Under the pieces are notes generated by a model. That model saw only the letters and a program-made list of their open reading frames with translations. It was not told where the DNA came from and ran no database searches. Position numbers and translations under genes: made by a program. A stretch of DNA of 48,877 nt, counting the filler, from Stramenopiles sp. TOSAG23-2 (lineage: Eukaryota), in the NCBI GenBank assembly GCA_900128395.1. It is 2 parts of 2 records of this genome, joined end to end, with 100 filler letters (N's around TTAATTAATTAA, not from the genome) between each part and the next. Parts side by side here need not be neighbours in the genome. Positions count along the whole stretch, not along the records: positions 1 to 24,408 come from LT649466.1; 1 more part is not named here. The stretch is one strand, 5' to 3'. Positions 11,319 to 21,981 of this stretch are shown in pieces (positions within the stretch are counted from its first letter, which is position 1; every line of letters starts with the position of its first letter).

Positions 11319-11369
11319 GCACCATTCACTTACCACCTGGCTGAATAGCACGGTGGTAAGCTGGGGTGC
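11319..11369. other. GC-rich hairpin in the CSN4 / cysteine synthase divergent intergenic region
   Basis: CTTACCACC (11329-11337) pairs with GGTGGTAAG (11352-11360). Outer GCACC/GGTGC stem and inner GCT-GAAT-AGC stem-loop. Confidence 0.6.
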
Positions 11370-11535
11370 CCCTCTTGGCCGGTAAATAAAATCTACTCTA
11401 CTACAATAATAAGCAAAGAAGTGCCAAAGGCAACAAAAATACATACAAAAAGATACATACGTCACAAATATATATAACAACATACAGTACCAAGAGAGAG
11501 AGAGAGAGACAACCAAAGAAAAAAGAGAAGAGAAT

Positions 11536-12669
11536 ATGAATTTAAATCGCATATTTAAAAGAACATTTCAAACAACATCAAGTGTTACAAATGGACGTGG
11601 CCAACTTTATAATTCAATTTTGGATACTATAGGAAACACACCTTGCGTAAAAGTAAATACAATTGGACCATCTGATGTAAATATATATTGCAAAGCAGAA
11701 TTTTTCAATCCAGCTGCTAGTGTAAAAGATAGGCTAGCAATATCTATCATTGAAGAAGCAGAAAAAAATGGTACGTTGAAAAAAGGGGATACAGTTATTG
11801 AAGCAACATCTGGGAATACAGGTGTTGGTTTAGCTATGGTATGCGCTGCGAAAGGTTATCCACTCGTTGTGGTAATGGCAGATTCATTTTCTATTGAAAG
11901 ACGAAAATTAATGCGTTTCTTAGGTGCAAAAGTAGTCCTAACACCACGTGAGTACAAAGGTTTCGGTATGATTGAAAAAGCTCAAGAATTGGCAAAGGAA
12001 AATAATTGGTTTCTAGCATCACAATTTGAAACAGAAGCAAATGCTAAAATTCATGAAGAAACAACAGCAAGAGAAATCATGGCAGATTTTAAAAATCAGA
12101 AACTAGATTATTGGGTCACAGGCTATGGAACGGGTGGAACGATCAGTGGCGTAGCAAAAGTTTTAAGAAACGAATCACCACATACAAAAATCGTTTTAAC
12201 TGAACCTGCAGAAGCTGCATTAATTACGTCTGGTAAAAAACAAGAGAAAAATGATGCATCTGCAGAATTTCCAAATACACCTGCAGCTTCACATCCAGCG
12301 TGGTCACCACACTTAATCCAAGGCTGGACGCCCGATTTTATCAGCCATGTACTGCAAAATGCAATTGATAAAAAATATTTTGATGATTTGATTCCAGTAG
12401 GAAGTGAAGATGGAGTCGATATGGCGCGTCAATTAGCTGCTAAAGAAGGGATAATAACTGGTATTAGTGGTGGAAGTACATTCAAAGTTGCATTGGATTT
12501 AGCAAAAAATGCTGAACCTGGTAGCAATATATTGTGTATGCTTCCTGATACTGCTGAAAGATATATGTCATCACCATTATTTGAAACGATTGAGGAAGAT
12601 ATGAATAGTGAGGAAAATATAATTGCAAAAAGTACACCTGGATTTCATATGGATAGTGTTGAACGTTAA
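11536..12669 (+). CDS. cysK: Cysteine synthase (O-acetylserine thiol-lyase, CysK type) with short putative mitochondrial presequence
   Basis: PLP lysine motif FNPAASVKDR, EATSGNTG, GYGTGGT, HLIQG, GISGG, LPDTAERYMS. Confidence 0.93.
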   Translation: MNLNRIFKRTFQTTSSVTNGRGQLYNSILDTIGNTPCVKVNTIGPSDVNIYCKAEFFNPAASVKDRLAISIIEEAEKNGTLKKGDTVIEATSGNTGVGLAMVCAAKGYPLVVVMADSFSIERRKLMRFLGAKVVLTPREYKGFGMIEKAQELAKENNWFLASQFETEANAKIHEETTAREIMADFKNQKLDYWVTGYGTGGTISGVAKVLRNESPHTKIVLTEPAEAALITSGKKQEKNDASAEFPNTPAASHPAWSPHLIQGWTPDFISHVLQNAIDKKYFDDLIPVGSEDGVDMARQLAAKEGIITGISGGSTFKVALDLAKNAEPGSNILCMLPDTAERYMSSPLFETIEEDMNSEENIIAKSTPGFHMDSVER

Positions 12670-12839
12670 TTTTTGTGGTACATACGTACGAGTATAATAT
12701 AAAAACTGATTACGAACGTATGGGAGTATATGCATTTGAATAAATTACTCTGTAGAAAAAAATATAAATTATAATAAATTATACGAGTATATACTCCGTT
12801 TTATTTCTCCAGAACGTCTCTTCTCTCAAAACAAATTAT

Positions 12840-13238
12840 TCAAGAGTAATACCCTTCAACGCATTGCCAAGCAAATGATTTAGCAGTTGTTGGTGAACAT
12901 TTTAATAATTTATTTTTTTCTAAATAATATTGTGGATATTTTTTTTGTACACAATCGGCTATTTCTTCTAAATTTCCATTACACGTCTTGTATATTTCTT
13001 GAAGTACAACATGCTCAGAATTATTTCCTTCTAAACACATTGCATCGTACACACTATGTTTTCCATCATGTTCACGTGTTGGGTATTTTCTTGGTTTTAA
13101 ATTACTTTGTTGTTTCAACATTTCATTCAACGTCAATGCTGGAGCAATGCCATGGCCATCTCGATGTGGTGTAACTTCGTACGGTTTATCGTCGTTCTTT
13201 GTTTTATCTTTTTTAAGAGGAAGGGTTTGTTTTATCAT
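12840..13238 (-). CDS. Hypothetical protein
   Basis: 132-aa ORF with non-repetitive, coding-like composition, convergent with cysK. No family recognised. Confidence 0.55.
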   Translation of the reverse strand: MIKQTLPLKKDKTKNDDKPYEVTPHRDGHGIAPALTLNEMLKQQSNLKPRKYPTREHDGKHSVYDAMCLEGNNSEHVVLQEIYKTCNGNLEEIADCVQKKYPQYYLEKNKLLKCSPTTAKSFAWQCVEGYYS

Positions 13239-13941
13239 AGATTATTATCAGTTGTTACGATTTTACTGGTTTGCCTCTCCTCTGATATTATATATAACAC
13301 CATATATATACCACCGTATGTGAGTGTGTGTGTGTGTGTGTGAATGTTTTCCTCGTTTTCATTTTTAGTTTTGGCCAGAGTAGTATTAATACCTAAAAAT
13401 CTCTAAAAAATGAAGTTAAGGGGTTACTGTTATAAAAAATGTATTATTCTTATTGTATTTTATACCGTAATAGTATTAGACGACTACGACAATCTAAATC
13501 CGGCAATCATCTCCTATTTATTTATTCTCCCACCCGGATCTACCACCAGTAGATCTCCCTGATCTCATACAGGAACAATTTGGGTTGATTATTTCATTCA
13601 TTTTAGATGCCGAAATTTTCGAGTTATAATATGATAGAAATAGCATTGCGTCCCCTCTTACATACCTGTTATTATTTAGAGTTATAATTTTTAAGCACCA
13701 TATTATTATCCAAAGAAGAAGTTCGATTATTATTAATTAATTAACTATTTAAAATAATTAAAATATCCTTAGATATTTATACCATCATCTTTCATCTTCA
13801 TATACAAGCAAAGTCAACAAAACATTCAAAGCACTTATAATTGTTTATGATTTAATATTAGTATTTCAATTCAAACGATATATTAAAGATACCTTGCATA
13901 TAATTCATTTAATCATTTACTTGTCGCTATAAAACTACATC

Positions 13942-16900
13942 ATGGGGAATAATCTATTGTCTCTAGGGACGAGGTCTGGGAAATCCCAGGAAAATCAACC
14001 TTGGCGTAAATTTGGAAATAAAAAGTTGAAAGATGTAGACCATGATGCTACCGATGAAGTAAATTTATTAATGGATAGATGGAGTCCTAGTGACGTTTTA
14101 ATCTTAATGCGAAAATTTAAACAACAAGCTCGTTTGCAGCATAGTAAGAAGAGTGACAAAAAACAAAAAGCTTCACATAAACGTAATAATAGTAACAGCA
14201 GTAATAGCAGTAATAATAATAGTGACGAGGAAGAGGACGAGGAGGAAGATGGACGAGAGGAATCTGTACCCCTCACGTTGGATTTGGAAGGATTTTGCCA
14301 AATTTTTAGTGAGTTAGAGCATATGCCTCAGGACATGGCAAGAGCTGCTTTTGGCCTATTTTGTAAAGAAGGAGATACAATGGATTTCCGAGAATTTTGT
14401 ACAGCAATCACCATTTGTTGCTACGGTAGCGCAGAGAAAAAAGCTTCTATTATTTTTAATCTGTTTGATTCTGATAAAGATGGATTTTTAACTGCAAAGG
14501 ATGTTGAAGAACTGGCTCAGACTGCTATGGCATCAATGGAGCGTTTAGAAAGTGAAGATAGATCATCAAGTAGAACCACATGGATGAGGCAAGCGGGGCA
14601 AGAACTTTTAAATGACCTTAGTAAATCGAAGGATAAAATATCTTTGCAAGTATTCTTGTCATGGGCTGAAAAAAATATGGTCATAACATATCTATTGGAA
14701 TTATTTCGGATTGTGCCAACGTCAGAAATTGAAGCTCGCACGGTTCGAAAAATATTAAAAAAGCACAATGAAATGAAAGTAAACGATGTTTGGCATGTAT
14801 TGTCTAGCAAATGGTGGGAAACTTGGTGCATGTATACGTCTTATCGAGCATTTGATTTTGCACATGATGAAACACAAAACAAAGGTAAATTAAAAAATTC
14901 AACATCATCAACAGCTAATAATTTGCTATCGCCTTCATCATCGATAAAAGTCAGCAATGGCAATATTAATGATATCAATAGCAAAAATAAAGGCATTGAG
15001 AATGTTGATGAAATGTTAGAATCGTCAACGGCGGTTTCGGATATTCAAATGAACGATACAAACCCCGTATCACCATATTTTAGTCCAGAAAATAAGCCAA
15101 AGGATGGAAATGATATTATTATGGACAAGTTAGATTTACAAAATAATACCAATAACAATGATAATGTCAAAGGATCATCATCATCATCTTCTGCTTCTTC
15201 TTCCAATGGAACAACAGACAATAATTCTCATCAAAAGCAGCGGAAAACTTTAGTCAGGTCACGTTCTTTAAGCCATACATCCGGCGATAGGCCTGGGCCG
15301 TTCGATAATTATCATTTACAAGGTGACGATAAAGGAACTTTAAAATTGAATTTATTGGAAGGTCATGATTATGTATTAATACCTGATGCTTTGTGGAAAC
15401 ATTTAGAAAATTGGTATGGAGGTGGACCAGACTACTCTAGAAATGTTATATCGTTAAAAGGTGCACAAGGGGCAAAGAAACGACGCACGCCATATTACAA
15501 TCCTCCAGGTCGTGATGGGGTTGTGTTGGAAATGCATCCGTTGGTTTTAATATTTGCATCAATGGATTTAAGAACCGGTCGCCCTTCTAAAGGTGCGAAA
15601 GAATTTAGGAAGATGTTTAGTCTAGTAAATACCGTAAAGGATATGAAAAATAAAGTATGTAAACATTTAAACGTTGATCGAGAGAATTCACGTCTTTGGT
15701 TGAAACCAAAAGGTGGAGAATGGCGCTGTCTTTCCTTTACCCCCAGTACTGATAGCGATGAAGAGAATGTACCATCGGAACAAGTATTGTCACTGGCTGA
15801 TGCAGACGTAGAAACTGGTGATTTTATAATGATAGAAACGAAAGATTCAGATGATGATGTTTGGCCTAGAGATTTGATTGACGAACAAAATGAAAATTTT
15901 CGCGATTTTGAATTAAATTCCAAAGTTGATGCAAAAGATAAAGATGGTAAATGGTTTGCCGGTACTGTGGTTGATTTGAAGGCAAATGACGATGAAGAAT
16001 TAATTGAAGTGAAAATACATTTTGATAGATTCAATCCTAAATGGGATGAATGGTATGATGTCGATTCTCCAAAGTTAAAACCGTTGTTTACAATAACTGA
16101 GCCCAGATCTGATAATGTGGATGTAAGCGGCAGTAATCGTGTTAGCCGTGTAAGTGGTAATGCGGTTGAACAAGGTGCTGTAGGTTTAATTAATTTAGGT
16201 AATACATGTTACATGAATTCAGTGTTACAATGTTTGTCCAACACACCGATTTTATGCAATTATTTCCGAACCGGCCTTTTTGAAAAGGAATTAAATATCG
16301 CCAACAAGCGTGGCAGTGGTGGTGAAGTGGCGTTTGAATTTGCCCAAATGCTCTCTAAATTATGGATTGACCAAACGGTCTCGCCCGTTAAAGCCATCGC
16401 TCCCAAAAAGTTCAAGCGTACTTTTGCAAGGACACCAATGTTGACGCCATTTTCCGGTTATGGTCAACAAGATGCGCATGAATTTTTTTCCGTGTTATTA
16501 GACATTGTACATGAGGATATCAATCGCGTGGAAAAGAAAAAGAAAAAGAAAAAAGAAAAAGAAGAGGGCAAGGGTTCCACAAATGGAAAGAAAAAGCGCC
16601 TTCTATCGGTCAAGTCGTCCTCGTCATCTGAAGATAAAAAACAAAATAACGGTGTGGAGGAGAAAAAAAGTAATAAATCTGCATCTTTAGAAATTACTAG
16701 GACATCAAGCTCGTCATCGACAGAAAACGTTTCCACGGGAGATGAAAACAGCAACGACGACAAAGTAAAGTCGCCACGCGCAAATAATCAAGTTGCTCCG
16801 ATGATTGAAAATGATGAACAAGACAATTCCAATGAAGGGGGAAAAGCGTCCACAAAAAATGATGGCGATGAAACATCGGGAACAAATATCGATGGTACTA

Positions 16901-19011
16901 TGGAAGTAAAACAACCCAAGACACAGCCGCTTGATGATAATAAAATTGCTGACAAGAAATGGAAAGAACATTTGGAAGAAAATCGTTCTACTATCGTTGA
17001 CTTGTTTCATGGTCAGTTAAGACGTACATTAAGATGTAATTCGTGTGGTCATAAAACTTTGAATTTTGAGCCATTTCATTGTCTTAGTGTAGCTCTAAAT
17101 GTACAATTTGCATATAATATTGTAGTTGTTCCATTGCCAAAGGAAGATAAGAAAGATGCCGCCGAAAGTGATGAAAACAATCTTAATAAAAATAATGCAA
17201 TAAACACAGCAACTGCTTACGGTGTCTTTACACCGCAAGTAGGCCTTGTTGGTGATTTAAAATTTGAACTTGCATCACTGTGTAAAATACCGGCAAATCG
17301 ATTGATTATAGCTACCGTTGAAAATAATATGACTGTAACAATTCGACCTGATCGACAGCACTTGCACACTATACGCGAAGATGATAATTTGTTTGCGTTT
17401 GAGAGACCTTTAATATTTAATGAAATTTGCGGTCATCCGAACGTAGAGGTGAATAATATTCCGCTTAATACAAGCGGGAGTAATAAAAATACCGATAGCA
17501 ACAGCAATAATATAGTGATGGTCAATAAAAGCACGTGTCCAATCGGCTGCTTTTCGATGTGTGATAGTGGCAGTATGGAGCATGATAGTGATCAAAATAT
17601 GCAACGTAATCAATCTTCTGGTATGTATTTTTGTTGCAGTTTGAGCAACGATTCCGTTGTGGAGAGTCATGATTCGATTGAAGAGGGCAATGAAGCACAG
17701 AGTGAAGAAGATGATAATGATAAAGAGGTGGAAATGACTTCGACTGATATAAAAAATAAGTTCTTTGATGATGGGGATGAAACCGGTAATGATGAAAATG
17801 AAACAGTCACCGAAATATTAATGCATCAACGTGTTGATTGTTTAGACGATGATGGTCAGTGGTATGCCTCTACCGTTGTAGAAGTAAACGAAGAGACGGA
17901 GGAAATTAAAGTTCGATTCGATGGATACAAGGCTGGTTTTGACGAATGGATTCCTTACACTGATGAACATCGTATCAAACCGTTGTATTCCATGGTTCGA
18001 AAGCCACAACTTGAATTGGTTGTAGCCACCCTGTTGCATAGGACTGTGCAACAAACACAGCAACAACAAGAACAGATAGAGGCCGGTCTTGAAATGATTT
18101 CTACTGAAATAAACTCATTGTCTTCATCCAAAAACGTTGATAACATCAAGGAGCAAAGGTATTTTGGTACGCCTTCCTTAATATATTTCAGCTCTCATGT
18201 ATCCAGCGCTGAACTTTTAAAAATTGTTGATCAACATCTTTCTAAATGGGTCAAGGCATCAAAAACGAAATTTTCGGAGAGAAAACCTTATACTGTCCAT
18301 ATCAACAATTTAGTGAAAACGAAAAATCACAGACAACTTGAAAATCATCCTGGTCTACCTAAAGTACGTGCTGGGGAAAGTATCGTAATTGAATGGGATT
18401 CTATGGATTATTATGATAACAGTACTGATAAATATGAAGATCATGAGACGGTACAAAAAGTAAAAGGTGCACGAATGCAAGAACAAGCTAATGGTCGAAA
18501 AGATATTAAGTTAGAAGACTGTTTAAAAGAATTTTCAAAACCCGAGCGTCTTGGAGAAGGATATAAATGCGACAAATGTAAAGCAGTGGATACAACAATG
18601 TCACAAATGGATATATGGCGTTTGCCGGATATACTTGTTGTCCATGTAAAGCGTTTTATATATACCATGTACGTTCGAGGAAAATTGAATAATCCAATGC
18701 ACTATCCAATAAAAGGTTTAGACATGTCTACTGTATTGGGAAACCGGAAACCAGATGAATTTCGTGATAAAGAACTGTATGATCTATATGGTGTCGTCCA
18801 CCATATGGGCTCTATGGGTGGTGGTCACTATATTGCAACGTGTAAAAATTCAGGGGGTGGAAAGAGTAATAATTGGTTTGAATACAATGATAGCCGTGTT
18901 GGTAAAGCAGATAAAAATGATATTGTGCGTTCGAGTGGTTATTTATTATTTTACCATCGAAAACAATTGAGTGCACACAATATTATTAATTTGAGTACTC
19001 CGCTTTTATAA
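13942..19011 (+). CDS. Ubiquitin-specific protease, USP32-like (EF-hands, DUSP, UBL, two Tudor-like domains, peptidase C19)
   Basis: EF-hand FDSDKDGFLTAKDV; DUSP WHVLSSKWW...PGPFDN...WYGGGP; Cys box GLINLGNTCYMNSVLQCL; QQDAHEF; His box YGVVHHMGSMGGGHY; WFEYNDS. Confidence 0.93.
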   Translation: MGNNLLSLGTRSGKSQENQPWRKFGNKKLKDVDHDATDEVNLLMDRWSPSDVLILMRKFKQQARLQHSKKSDKKQKASHKRNNSNSSNSSNNNSDEEEDEEEDGREESVPLTLDLEGFCQIFSELEHMPQDMARAAFGLFCKEGDTMDFREFCTAITICCYGSAEKKASIIFNLFDSDKDGFLTAKDVEELAQTAMASMERLESEDRSSSRTTWMRQAGQELLNDLSKSKDKISLQVFLSWAEKNMVITYLLELFRIVPTSEIEARTVRKILKKHNEMKVNDVWHVLSSKWWETWCMYTSYRAFDFAHDETQNKGKLKNSTSSTANNLLSPSSSIKVSNGNINDINSKNKGIENVDEMLESSTAVSDIQMNDTNPVSPYFSPENKPKDGNDIIMDKLDLQNNTNNNDNVKGSSSSSSASSSNGTTDNNSHQKQRKTLVRSRSLSHTSGDRPGPFDNYHLQGDDKGTLKLNLLEGHDYVLIPDALWKHLENWYGGGPDYSRNVISLKGAQGAKKRRTPYYNPPGRDGVVLEMHPLVLIFASMDLRTGRPSKGAKEFRKMFSLVNTVKDMKNKVCKHLNVDRENSRLWLKPKGGEWRCLSFTPSTDSDEENVPSEQVLSLADADVETGDFIMIETKDSDDDVWPRDLIDEQNENFRDFELNSKVDAKDKDGKWFAGTVVDLKANDDEELIEVKIHFDRFNPKWDEWYDVDSPKLKPLFTITEPRSDNVDVSGSNRVSRVSGNAVEQGAVGLINLGNTCYMNSVLQCLSNTPILCNYFRTGLFEKELNIANKRGSGGEVAFEFAQMLSKLWIDQTVSPVKAIAPKKFKRTFARTPMLTPFSGYGQQDAHEFFSVLLDIVHEDINRVEKKKKKKKEKEEGKGSTNGKKKRLLSVKSSSSSEDKKQNNGVEEKKSNKSASLEITRTSSSSSTENVSTGDENSNDDKVKSPRANNQVAPMIENDEQDNSNEGGKASTKNDGDETSGTNIDGTMEVKQPKTQPLDDNKIADKKWKEHLEENRSTIVDLFHGQLRRTLRCNSCGHKTLNFEPFHCLSVALNVQFAYNIVVVPLPKEDKKDAAESDENNLNKNNAINTATAYGVFTPQVGLVGDLKFELASLCKIPANRLIIATVENNMTVTIRPDRQHLHTIREDDNLFAFERPLIFNEICGHPNVEVNNIPLNTSGSNKNTDSNSNNIVMVNKSTCPIGCFSMCDSGSMEHDSDQNMQRNQSSGMYFCCSLSNDSVVESHDSIEEGNEAQSEEDDNDKEVEMTSTDIKNKFFDDGDETGNDENETVTEILMHQRVDCLDDDGQWYASTVVEVNEETEEIKVRFDGYKAGFDEWIPYTDEHRIKPLYSMVRKPQLELVVATLLHRTVQQTQQQQEQIEAGLEMISTEINSLSSSKNVDNIKEQRYFGTPSLIYFSSHVSSAELLKIVDQHLSKWVKASKTKFSERKPYTVHINNLVKTKNHRQLENHPGLPKVRAGESIVIEWDSMDYYDNSTDKYEDHETVQKVKGARMQEQANGRKDIKLEDCLKEFSKPERLGEGYKCDKCKAVDTTMSQMDIWRLPDILVVHVKRFIYTMYVRGKLNNPMHYPIKGLDMSTVLGNRKPDEFRDKELYDLYGVVHHMGSMGGGHYIATCKNSGGGKSNNWFEYNDSRVGKADKNDIVRSSGYLLFYHRKQLSAHNIINLSTPLL

Positions 19012-19335
19012 AACATATACGTATTATAATATACGTAATTTTTTATAATATATATATATATGCAATAACTTATTTTTTAATTTACTCATATGATAATTCC
19101 GATACTCTATGATATATATATATATATATACGACTCGTAATACATTATACGTTCGCATGTACGACTCGTACGAGTATGTAGATTCGTATTTTTTACGATT
19201 GTGTGTTACGCATACAAGAATATATAATGATATGGTGATGGTTAAAAAAGAATATGATATCATATCATTTCGTACGTTCGTATGATATACGCATACGAGA
19301 CGTATGTTACTGAGAATACAAATATACATGCAAAA

Positions 19336-20724
19336 TTACACGCCACCGCTCAAAACACCTCGTTGTCTCCCTCTTAATGTTGTTGTCGATGGTAATCGAA
19401 TACCCCCGTTTCCTTTCTTTTTATTATTATTCATTTTTATTGAATTTCCTCTTCGTTTTTTCATTTTTTTCAGTTGCATTTTTTTTTTATGTTCATAATG
19501 CATCATAGAAACTTCTAATCTCTCTGCCGGTGTTGGTAATAACAACGATATCATCGGTGATCTAGTATTAAATGTTTTACGAATTGAAAAATCCCTTGCA
19601 CGTTCTGTTGGTAAATTTGCTGATAGACCTAAACGTTTTTCATTTAATTGAGATAATTTTGTCATTTTAACAATTTTATTATGTTTTCCACGTACACTTT
19701 TAGCACGTGGTACACGTGTAACTTTATGTCTATGTGATGCTAATAATTTTTTTGCTAAATTAATTGCTTTTTCCGCCTCTGCTGTATTTGATTGTAAACG
19801 ATTTGCAACTTTAAAAAAATCATCATTTTTTTTACGTGCATATCTTTTTAAAATCATTTTGACTTCATCAGGTTTGTTTATAATCGTTCCGTCGCCATCA
19901 ATATCATTATTACCATTATTGTTGTTCTTCGTGTCATCATCATCATTATCGTGTATCATCATGACATCATTATCATCAAAACCATTGTTATTGTTACTCC
20001 CATTACTATTATTATTATTATTATTCCCGCCGTTGCCATTATTACCTGATAATAAACCATTGTTCCTTTTATTTTTATTATTATTATTATCTGCCCTAGG
20101 TGATCTTAATGCATCTGTATTAAACATATATCCCCTAAATACATGGCCAAGTGCTTCATCAATGGAATCCCATTGCTCCTCTGCTACTGCCATTCGACAA
20201 GTAGTACGTGTAAACTCAAATAAAAACTCAAAGAAACTTTGGTCTTCTTGTGTATGTTCAAAATTACTGCAATGAAGCAACAATCTGGAATATGCTTCAG
20301 CAAATATCCGTAAGCGTTGCTGCAACGCTTTTCTACTTTCATGTAGTTGCAATTTTGTACGTTCATCACTTGGGCTATTTATTAAATCACTTTCTAAATC
20401 TTTAACTTGTGTAAATGCATAAAAATAATAAACTACACAAGCTAAAAAATGTCGTAACATTTCTGAATCGTAAAAATAAAAAAATTTTGGCGGTACAGGT
20501 ATCCCATTTTCTAATTCGCTTTGATCTCTTAATACAGTAAAAACATGTTCAATAGTGTCTTCCAACGTTGGTTTCTTGTGAACTACATTAGCAGATGGTT
20601 TGCTAGTTTTGTTATTATTATTATTATTTGGATTTGTCAATTTACGTTTTCCTTTGTTATTATTATTATTATCATTGGGTACCGCTTGTTTCGGTCCCGT
20701 TGGTTTCGTCGGTTGAAGAGGCAT
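19336..20724 (-). CDS. PPP1R36-like (PPPI_inhib family) protein with Asn-rich inserts
   Basis: Motifs EDQSFFEFLF, IDEALGHVFRGYMFN and RSPMISLLLP resemble my recollection of PPP1R36 conserved blocks. Not database-checked. Confidence 0.65.
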   Translation of the reverse strand: MPLQPTKPTGPKQAVPNDNNNNNKGKRKLTNPNNNNNNKTSKPSANVVHKKPTLEDTIEHVFTVLRDQSELENGIPVPPKFFYFYDSEMLRHFLACVVYYFYAFTQVKDLESDLINSPSDERTKLQLHESRKALQQRLRIFAEAYSRLLLHCSNFEHTQEDQSFFEFLFEFTRTTCRMAVAEEQWDSIDEALGHVFRGYMFNTDALRSPRADNNNNKNKRNNGLLSGNNGNGGNNNNNNSNGSNNNNGFDDNDVMMIHDNDDDDTKNNNNGNNDIDGDGTIINKPDEVKMILKRYARKKNDDFFKVANRLQSNTAEAEKAINLAKKLLASHRHKVTRVPRAKSVRGKHNKIVKMTKLSQLNEKRLGLSANLPTERARDFSIRKTFNTRSPMISLLLPTPAERLEVSMMHYEHKKKMQLKKMKKRRGNSIKMNNNKKKGNGGIRLPSTTTLRGRQRGVLSGGV

Positions 20725-21352
20725 ACCACGAAATTAAATGTATATATATATAAATAACGATAGATGTATGTAGATATAGAATCTTCGATTGTCTTCTTAC
20801 ATTTACACATCCATCCATTTAAAGTTGCAGTTTTGTAAATTATACAGTAACTATATATATTTATATTATTATATGAGATGAGGGTGAATATATTTTCTAT
20901 TATTATTTGCTGGAATAAAATATATGCATGAAACTGCTGCTGAGCTACGCACGGCAAATATAGACTTATAGCATGGAGAGTTCTTGACATATTATAACCT
21001 TATATTTTGTCAGAGTTCTCTCTCTCTCTGCTATTTCCTTATTATTATAAGCTATTATTATACACAGCAGGCACACAGTATTTTTTTTTGTTGTTGACCA
21101 AAAAGCCACCAAAATACGTTAGAAGAGTGTGGTGTGTTAAAATAAAATACGAAAATACATATTATACTAGATGTAGAAAATGAAGGAAAGAAATCAGAAC
21201 AAACAACAAAAGAATTCATAACTATAATATATTGGTTTGATCAATAGGAAGACAACAGGAAATACATTTATATATAAATATATACAGATATAGTACGTAT
21301 TTTATTATTATCAATCATATTCATATCATCATAATAATAAAGAAGAAGAAGA

Positions 21353-21781
21353 ATGGCTGAAACGAAACAAAATTTGGAAAACTATGTAAATAAAGTCGGT
21401 GCACAACAAATGTTTGGAGAAATGTTAGAAGATGTTGTATTGGAACGTCCAGAGAAACCGATTGATTATTTGATCAACTTGTTAACAACCACCGATACGC
21501 GTGGAGATGCTGAGAAAGATAAATTATTAACTGCTGTATGGGATAGTGCCACTGCTATGGTACCTAAAACACGTGTAAAAGACATTTTAAGAGCATTACG
21601 TTCACCACAAGGTGTATTGTCAGTTAACTTCCCAACGCATAAACGTCAAGTTATGGCTTGTTTGTTAAATACTGCATGTGATAGTTTTGTATCAAAAGAA
21701 GATTTTATTAGCAAAGCAAAGGAAGCATTAAATGGACCAGGTGGACCGAATGGTAGAGATTTGTCTTTATTATCAAGTTAA
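21353..21781 (+). CDS. Small Dpy-30/RIIa-type dimerisation-docking domain protein
   Basis: YVNKVGAQQMFGEMLEDVVLERPEKPIDYLINLL fits the RIIa/Dpy-30 pattern. The C-terminal VSKEDF may be a degenerate EF-hand. Confidence 0.7.
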   Translation: MAETKQNLENYVNKVGAQQMFGEMLEDVVLERPEKPIDYLINLLTTTDTRGDAEKDKLLTAVWDSATAMVPKTRVKDILRALRSPQGVLSVNFPTHKRQVMACLLNTACDSFVSKEDFISKAKEALNGPGGPNGRDLSLLSS

Positions 21782-21981
21782 TCGTTATATATATATATAT
21801 ATATACATCATATTAATGTATTTTTATTAAAATTTTTAACAGCACTATATAACATATAGTAAATGTAGTGGTATAATAATATTATGAGACGCGAGAGACG
21901 TAAAAATTAATAATAATACGCAAGACGTTTTTTTCTTCTCGAGGAGATAAAAATTATAATATGTGTGTGTGTACATTTTTT

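Noticed and set aside
11345-11400. tRNA-Sec or TPP riboswitch (CTGGGGTGC / GGGGTGCC words)
   Set aside because: No cloverleaf, T-loop or UCA anticodon arm; the CTGAGA and downstream TPP core motifs are absent.
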